DNA of 64,000 nt, from the IMG/VR virus record IMGVR_UViG_3300007214_000060, positions 1-64,000 of that record; one strand, written 5' to 3'. Shown here in pieces: positions 58,295 to 64,000 of the stretch; position 1 is the stretch's first letter; every line of letters starts with the position of its first letter. The position numbers and the translations under genes are program-made. This stretch comes from a virus. Under the pieces are notes generated by a model. The model was not told the origin of the DNA. It saw nothing but the letters and a program-made list of their open reading frames with translations, and did not search any database.

Positions 58295-60186
58295 GTTATA
58301 GCGTATTGCATTGTCATTCGACATACTCTCTGTTGGATGGACTTTCTAAGCCTGATCAGATAGCTTCAAGATGCAAAGAAATAGGTGTTAATAATTGCGC
58401 CTTAACGGATCACGGCAACATATCCGGGGCTGTTAAATTTTATTCTGCTATGAAGCGAGCTGGAATAAAACCTATTTTAGGGTGTGAGCTATATATTTGC
58501 AACGATCATTCGTCAATTAAAGAAACATCAAATAGAGATCTAACTCATTTTATAGTACTAGCAAAAAATTATAATGGCTGGAAGAGTCTAATTAAATTAG
58601 TATCAGAATCAAATAAAATTGATAATTTCTATCACAAACCAAGACTAAGTTTACAGCAGCTATCTGAGTTTGCTAATGGGCAGAATCTTATAGCAATAGT
58701 CGGTCATCTTGGCTCATTATTAGCAGACAAAATTATAATAAATAATTCTATTGTTGGTAATTGGAAAGACATTGGAGTTGAAACAATAAATAAAATTAAA
58801 GAAATTTTTGGTGATAATAATTTGTTTTTGGAAGCACAGTTAATGGACAAGGAAAATATACCAATACAAACAGAGCTAACAGAATGTATTAGAGAACTTG
58901 GTAAATTAACAAACACAAAAGTTATCTGCACTCCGGACGCTCATTATTGCAGGAAAGAGGACGCTGTTGATCAAAGAGTTTTGTTGTGCAATAATCTGAA
59001 AACAACTTTCCCTGAAATAAATAGAAAAATTAGTAATAACGAAGACGTACCAATGTCTTGCTTTTTCTTATCTGATAATTATCACATATTGTCTTACGAG
59101 GAAATTAAAAATTTACATACCCAAGAAGAAATAGACAATACGAACTATGTAGCATCTTTGATAGACGAATACGACATATTGAGTGGGCCAAACCTACCTA
59201 AATATCAATGCCCAGATGATCTAGATCCGGATGAATATTTAAGACACCTTTGTAGAAAAGGATGGAAAGAAAAGATAGAATCAAAAATTCCAAAGGAAGA
59301 TCAAACAAATTACGTTGACAGGATCAAACACGAACTAGATGTTTTGCAAAAGGCTAAATTAAGTAGTTACTTCTTAATTGTACAGGATATTCTGAGTTTT
59401 GTAAAAAGTAATGGGTGGCTACCTTCTCCTGGTAGGGGTAGCGCAGCTGGTTGCCTTGTGTCCTATTTAATAGGTATTACTAATATAGATCCTATAAAAT
59501 ATGATTTATTATTTGAAAGATTTTATAATGTTGGAAGATCCTCTGGAAACAAAATTTCTTTACCAGATATTGATGTTGATGTGCCGATATTAAAAAGAGA
59601 ATATGTAATAGAATATATAAAAAATAAGTATGGATCAGATAAGGTTTCTCAGATGATAACGTTTAATACTATGAAAGGAAGAGGTGCGTTAAAAGACGTA
59701 CTAAGAGTTTACGGGAATATTAGTTTTGAAGAGATGAACAATATAACAAAATATATTCCAGACGAAGCTAAAATTTCTGATGAGCTTCAAGAAATGAAAG
59801 AGGAAACTGGAGAAGCTTCAATTATAAGATGGGCTTTAGAAAATAATGGAGACAAACTAAAAGAATGGTGTTACTTAGACGAAAATAATGAGCTTCAAGG
59901 CCCACTGTCTAAAAGATTTGAGCAAGCAATGCGATTGGAGGGAACAAAAACTAATCAGTCTAAACACGCCGCCGGTATAGCTGTTAGCTCCATGCCATTG
60001 CACGAGTTGTGTCCTATGATATATGATACAAAGACACACCAACCCATCGCGGGTATGGAGATGCAAGACCTGGAGAGTATTGGGATCATTAAACTAGATA
60101 TCCTCGGCATAGCCTTGCTAGATAAAATTATGAATATATCTGAATTACTAAAAGAAGGAGTAGAATATGTCAACCAAAAAATTTAA
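58291..60186 (+). CDS. dnaE: DNA polymerase III alpha, N-terminal part (PHP, palm, thumb)
   Basis: LHCHS.YSLLDG, TDHG, DAHY, GRGSAAG, FERF, PDIDVD, HAAG, KLDILG. Confidence 0.93.
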   Translation: MSYSVLHCHSTYSLLDGLSKPDQIASRCKEIGVNNCALTDHGNISGAVKFYSAMKRAGIKPILGCELYICNDHSSIKETSNRDLTHFIVLAKNYNGWKSLIKLVSESNKIDNFYHKPRLSLQQLSEFANGQNLIAIVGHLGSLLADKIIINNSIVGNWKDIGVETINKIKEIFGDNNLFLEAQLMDKENIPIQTELTECIRELGKLTNTKVICTPDAHYCRKEDAVDQRVLLCNNLKTTFPEINRKISNNEDVPMSCFFLSDNYHILSYEEIKNLHTQEEIDNTNYVASLIDEYDILSGPNLPKYQCPDDLDPDEYLRHLCRKGWKEKIESKIPKEDQTNYVDRIKHELDVLQKAKLSSYFLIVQDILSFVKSNGWLPSPGRGSAAGCLVSYLIGITNIDPIKYDLLFERFYNVGRSSGNKISLPDIDVDVPILKREYVIEYIKNKYGSDKVSQMITFNTMKGRGALKDVLRVYGNISFEEMNNITKYIPDEAKISDELQEMKEETGEASIIRWALENNGDKLKEWCYLDENNELQGPLSKRFEQAMRLEGTKTNQSKHAAGIAVSSMPLHELCPMIYDTKTHQPIAGMEMQDLESIGIIKLDILGIALLDKIMNISELLKEGVEYVNQKI

Positions 60187-60361
60187 AGATATTAATATTG
60201 ATCAAGTTTTTACATATAAAAACACACAATATAAAAAAATTCCAGAAAAAAAGATAAGTTGCTGCAAGCGACTGAACGCTTGTGCTGTTGGGTCTAAAAA
60301 AACAGAGATACAAATCAATCCACTAGAAGATGTAGAGGTTGATGATAATGAACAAAAATAA
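60167..60361 (+). CDS. small hypothetical protein between dnaE halves
   Basis: AGGAG RBS; overlaps neighbours. Confidence 0.6.
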   Translation: MSTKKFKDINIDQVFTYKNTQYKKIPEKKISCCKRLNACAVGSKKTEIQINPLEDVEVDDNEQK

Positions 60362-61034
60362 AATTTGCGTATTTGATATGGAGACCGACGGATCCGACCC
60401 CAAAATATGCAGTCCGGTACAATTGGCTGCTGTAATGGTGGATCCAGTAAATTTGGAGATAATAGAAGATTCAGAATTCAACATTAAACTAAAACCAGAA
60501 ACGCTTGAGCAGGATGAGTCTTATCAGTATACTACTGACATCTTAGATTTTCACGCAAAGGTCAAAGGCTGTTCAAAAGATGATATTTTAAGAGACTGGA
60601 AAACATATCAATCCCAACAACACGGATGGGATATGTTTGTAAATTATCTAGATAAATATCATACAAGATCAACTAAAAAAAGTCAATTTAGTGCGCCAAT
60701 AGCCGCTGGGTATAACATCTATAGGTTCGATTTGGTTATAGTTAATAGATTAAGTAATAAGTACAACAACACCAATAAAGAAGGTCAAACAGATCTGTTT
60801 TATCCTAGAGATGTTGTTGACATGATGAATTTAGTTTTTTATTGGTTTGAAAATAGCAACGACTTAAAAAGCTACACCTTGGATAATCTTCGTGATTATC
60901 TTGGTATCAGTAAAGATGGTGCGCACGACGCAATGAAAGACGTATATGATACTGCTAATATATTAATTAGATTTTTAAGACTACATAGAAATTTATCTCA
61001 AAAAATTAAGTTTAAATCTGCTTTTCAAAAATAA
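60339..61034 (+). CDS. DEDDh 3'-5' exonuclease (DnaQ/epsilon-like)
   Basis: FDMET, GYN..FD, AHDA..DV. Confidence 0.85.
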   Translation: MMIMNKNKICVFDMETDGSDPKICSPVQLAAVMVDPVNLEIIEDSEFNIKLKPETLEQDESYQYTTDILDFHAKVKGCSKDDILRDWKTYQSQQHGWDMFVNYLDKYHTRSTKKSQFSAPIAAGYNIYRFDLVIVNRLSNKYNNTNKEGQTDLFYPRDVVDMMNLVFYWFENSNDLKSYTLDNLRDYLGISKDGAHDAMKDVYDTANILIRFLRLHRNLSQKIKFKSAFQK

Positions 61035-61035
61035 A

Positions 61036-62655
61036 ATGTCAAATAGCCAGTTCACATATCCTTGCGGATGTTGTTTTGCGACGGATGTGGTTGATAACAA
61101 AAAAAGTTTAGTATTTGATACAAATATAGATAATATTAATCTTGGTTGTTCTAAAACTTGGGATATTATTGCGTCTGGAAATACAAAAGGAATTTTTCAA
61201 TTAGAATCTAGGCTAGGAAGATCCATAGCAAAAAAATTGAAACCAGAAAATATAGATCAACTATCTGCTCTTATAGCAATTTTAAGACCAGGAACACTAG
61301 AGGCTTATAGAGATGGTAAAAGTGTAACACAACACTATATAGATAAAAAAAATGGTTTAGAAAGCATTGATTATTTTCACCCATCTTTGGAACCTATACT
61401 TAAAAGCACTCTCGGGGAGTTAATCTATCAGGAGCAAGCCATGAGAATAGCGTCCGATATAGCCGGATTTACTTTACAGGAGGCCGATGAACTAAGAAAA
61501 GCTATTGGTAAAAAATTAGCAGATAAAATGGCTCAGGTCAAAGAAAAGTTTATAGACGGATGCAACAAACTAAAAATAGTGACTAATGACGAGGCTCTTC
61601 AAATTTTTGGTTGGATAGAGAAATCACAAAGATATTTATTCAATGCTAGTCACAGCGTTAGCTATGCAATGAACGCGTACCTGTCAGCCTATGCAAAATC
61701 TCATTTTACAAAAATATTTTTTGCATCCTATTTAAAATTTGCTAAAGATAAAATGAACCCTCAGGAAGAAATTAAAGCATTAGTTCAAAACGCAAACGAG
61801 ATGGACATAACAGTTAGCACTCCAGATATACGATTAATGAATCAAAACTTTGTTTTAAAACATAATAAGATCTATTTTGGATTAACAGATATCAAAGGTT
61901 TCGGAGATTCTGTTTTTAGTAAATTAAAAAATATCATAGATTCTACAAAAATTAACCCGTACGAATCATGGCTAACAACACTGTTTAATGTATTGCTAAA
62001 CATCAACTCAGTAGCAGCAAAATCTCTAATAGAGAGTGGCTCGGTGAGTTTTCTTGGTAAATCAAGAAATAGTATGTTATTTGAACTAAATATAGCGCAA
62101 AAATTAACCAATAAAGAAATAGAGTTTATTTTGGGCATATTAGATAATGCAAAAACATTAAAGGATTGTTTGTGTCTGTTGAAAAATAAACCAAGAACAA
62201 CAAAAAATAGACTCAAAGCTATAGATGATTTAATCGTATCTATAAATAATCCACCATATTCACTACAGGATACGCCGGAATGGATAGCAGATGTTGAAGA
62301 CAGTTGCCTTGGGTGCTCGATAACTTGCTCAAAGCTAGATCTTTATGACATAAGTATGTGCAATTGTTCTTGTAGAGACTTTAAAAATGGAAAACAAAAA
62401 AGCGTTATAATAGGCGGTGAAATAGATTATATTAATGTTACAAAAACAAAGACTGGAAAATCAAAAGGATCTGATATGTGTTTCGTTAATTTAACTGATC
62501 AGACCGGTAGCATTGATAACGTTATATTTTTTCCTGAACAATATAAAAAACATAAAAATTTGTTATTCCAAGGAAATATCGTTATATTATTTGGAGATAG
62601 AAGCAAAAGCGGCGACGGCCTAATCGTAGAAAAAGCATATGTAGCTAGAACTTGA
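61036..62655 (+). CDS. dnaE: DNA polymerase III alpha, C-terminal part (fingers, HhH, OB fold)
   Basis: T.GIFQLES, AILRPG, IYQEQ, ADELRKAIGKK, FNASHS.SY, FGL..IKG.G, M.F..L.D.TG. Confidence 0.92.
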   Translation: MSNSQFTYPCGCCFATDVVDNKKSLVFDTNIDNINLGCSKTWDIIASGNTKGIFQLESRLGRSIAKKLKPENIDQLSALIAILRPGTLEAYRDGKSVTQHYIDKKNGLESIDYFHPSLEPILKSTLGELIYQEQAMRIASDIAGFTLQEADELRKAIGKKLADKMAQVKEKFIDGCNKLKIVTNDEALQIFGWIEKSQRYLFNASHSVSYAMNAYLSAYAKSHFTKIFFASYLKFAKDKMNPQEEIKALVQNANEMDITVSTPDIRLMNQNFVLKHNKIYFGLTDIKGFGDSVFSKLKNIIDSTKINPYESWLTTLFNVLLNINSVAAKSLIESGSVSFLGKSRNSMLFELNIAQKLTNKEIEFILGILDNAKTLKDCLCLLKNKPRTTKNRLKAIDDLIVSINNPPYSLQDTPEWIADVEDSCLGCSITCSKLDLYDISMCNCSCRDFKNGKQKSVIIGGEIDYINVTKTKTGKSKGSDMCFVNLTDQTGSIDNVIFFPEQYKKHKNLLFQGNIVILFGDRSKSGDGLIVEKAYVART

Positions 62656-62680
62656 CCTCCGCTACCCAACGACATATAAT
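62652..62680 (+). promoter_or_regulatory. sigma70-type promoter
   Basis: TTGACC-N17-TATAAT upstream of ssb. Confidence 0.75.
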
Positions 62681-62725
62681 ATTGCTAGTTGGTATTTGGT
62701 TTTTTACTTTAAAAGGAGATATCTA

Positions 62726-63115
62726 ATGAATATCGTTATGTTAAGGGGTAACCTTGCTCGTGATCCGGAACTAAGAACAGTAAATATCGGCAACAAGTCT
62801 ACTTCTGTTGTAAACTTCACAGTTGCAACTAACAGGGAGTTTACAAAAGCCGACGGAACAACCGACAAAGTAACTTCTTTTATTCAGTGCGAGGCTTGGG
62901 ATAGCGGAGCTGAGGCTATTGCTTCATCTTTTAGTAAGGGTGATCTGGTAATGGTCGAGGGGAGTCTTCGTAACGACTCTTGGGAAAAGGATGGTGTTAA
63001 GCACAGCACTATTAAGGTTAGGGTAAATAATTTTGGCAAAATTGTCAAGTCAAAGAGACAAGATAAGCCAGCTAAGAACGATCCAGAGACTGCCGAGGAA
63101 ACGGTTGCGTTCTGA
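62726..63115 (+). CDS. ssb: single-stranded DNA-binding protein
   Basis: MN.V.L.GNLARDPELR, KGDLV.VEGSL, acidic tail ending AF; AGGAGA RBS. Confidence 0.93.
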   Translation: MNIVMLRGNLARDPELRTVNIGNKSTSVVNFTVATNREFTKADGTTDKVTSFIQCEAWDSGAEAIASSFSKGDLVMVEGSLRNDSWEKDGVKHSTIKVRVNNFGKIVKSKRQDKPAKNDPETAEETVAF

Positions 63116-63137
63116 TCGAGATTAATATAATTCAATT

Positions 63138-63175
63138 GGTGGCGGGATATCTCTTACTAGGGGTATCCCGTCACT
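63138..63175 (+). terminator. long stem-loop after ssb (terminator or processing site)
   Basis: GGTGGCGGGATATCTCT-TACT-AGGGGTATCCCGTCACT, 17 bp including G-U pairs. Confidence 0.65.
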
Positions 63176-63209
63176 ATTATTGAACATAGAATACCATTAT
63201 CATATATTT

Positions 63210-64000
63210 ATGAAAAAATATAAAGTTCTAGTAGCAACAGATGCAAGTTTTTTGGCTAGCGGATACGGAATCTACGCCAAAGAAATATTGTCAAGAATGC
63301 ACAAAAGCTCTAAGTACGAAGTTGCAGAGTTGTCGTGTTACGCTATGACCAACTCCGATAAATTAAAAACAATACCGTGGAAAACCTATCCTAACGCTGT
63401 TGATACGAAAGACGAAAGATACAAAACTTACTCAGAAAACAAAATAAATCAGTTTGGAGCATGGAGATTTACAAGAACTCTTCTGGATTTTAAGCCAGAT
63501 ATTGTGTTGACATGGACAGATTATTGGATGTATTCTTATCAAGAAACGAATCCTCTTAGAAAGTATTTTTATTGGATTCAAATGCCTATGGTAGACTCTG
63601 CTCCACAAAAAATTGAATGGCTATATACTTACGCTAATGCCGATGCGGTGATACCGTATACCATGTGGGCTAAGAAGACTCTGTCCGACGCTTGTGGAAA
63701 TCAAATTTCTTTGTTTGATAAACCCGCTAATGCTGGTATAAATAGTAATGAGTTCTTTAGATTAGATAATAAAAAAGAGTTAAGAAAAAAATATTTTGGT
63801 GAAGAAGATGTGGATGTAATAGGAACAGTAATGAGAAATCAAAAAAGAAAACTGTTTCCAGATATTTTGCAAATTTTTCGAGATTATCTTAAAAGATTAA
63901 AAGATGAAAATAAACTAGATAAATATAATAAAACATACTTATATCTACACACATCATACCCAGAAGAGGTGGGGTGGAATTTTCCTACATTATTACTAGA
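63210..64000 (+). CDS. GT4-family glycosyltransferase (3'-truncated; not in ORF track)
   Basis: MKKYKVLVATDASFLASGYGIYAKEILSR..., FKPDIV, VMRNQKRK; open to window end. Confidence 0.75.
   Translation, partial: MKKYKVLVATDASFLASGYGIYAKEILSRMHKSSKYEVAELSCYAMTNSDKLKTIPWKTYPNAVDTKDERYKTYSENKINQFGAWRFTRTLLDFKPDIVLTWTDYWMYSYQETNPLRKYFYWIQMPMVDSAPQKIEWLYTYANADAVIPYTMWAKKTLSDACGNQISLFDKPANAGINSNEFFRLDNKKELRKKYFGEEDVDVIGTVMRNQKRKLFPDILQIFRDYLKRLKDENKLDKYNKTYLYLHTSYPEEVGWNFPTLLL

Noticed and set aside
60100-61150. Split intein or group I intron in dnaE
   Set aside because: No intein splice-junction motifs; the intervening DNA is filled by two normal genes and has no homing endonuclease
302-63135. Many short antisense or alternate-frame ORFs in the ORF track (e.g. 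1051-1401, 40497-41000, 55078-55668)
   Set aside because: They overlap well-supported genes and have no recognisable motifs; treated as shadow ORFs
1-64000. Stop-codon reassignment
   Set aside because: Conserved genes are full length under the standard code, and TAA, TAG and TGA all terminate genes

Overview
64 kb segment of a large, AT-rich dsDNA tailed phage (Caudoviricetes), standard genetic code, densely coding and almost entirely + strand. The host may be a planctomycete, inferred from one gene family only. Left to right: a 5'-truncated rIIB gene; a 66-nt tRNA-like cloverleaf; a RepB'-type primase; ruvB preceded by a Zn-ribbon/RuvA-domain-III chimera; an inverted 8.2-kb nonulosonic (sialic) acid island (NeuB, NeuA, HAD phosphatases, four GT29-like sialyltransferases, methyltransferases); a volactin-like actin with a membrane partner; subtilisin, macrodomain, GuaC and glycosyltransferases; modular head-associated proteins, one with an apparent -1 frameshift at an A10 run; a phage sigma factor, ClpP and a catalytically degenerate DeoC; three large fibre/adhesin proteins; a glycosyltransferase remnant; a membrane-protein cluster around a papain-like peptidase; then a nucleotide metabolism and replication block (dCMP deaminase, class II RNR, PhoH, RecA, DnaB, DnaG, dNMP kinase, Cas4/RecB-like nuclease, DnaE split into two intein-free genes around a DnaQ-like exonuclease, SSB). 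Two promoter classes are visible: TTGACC-N16/17-TATAAT and a recurrent GTGTAW motif. All family assignments come from motif recognition by eye; no database searches were run.
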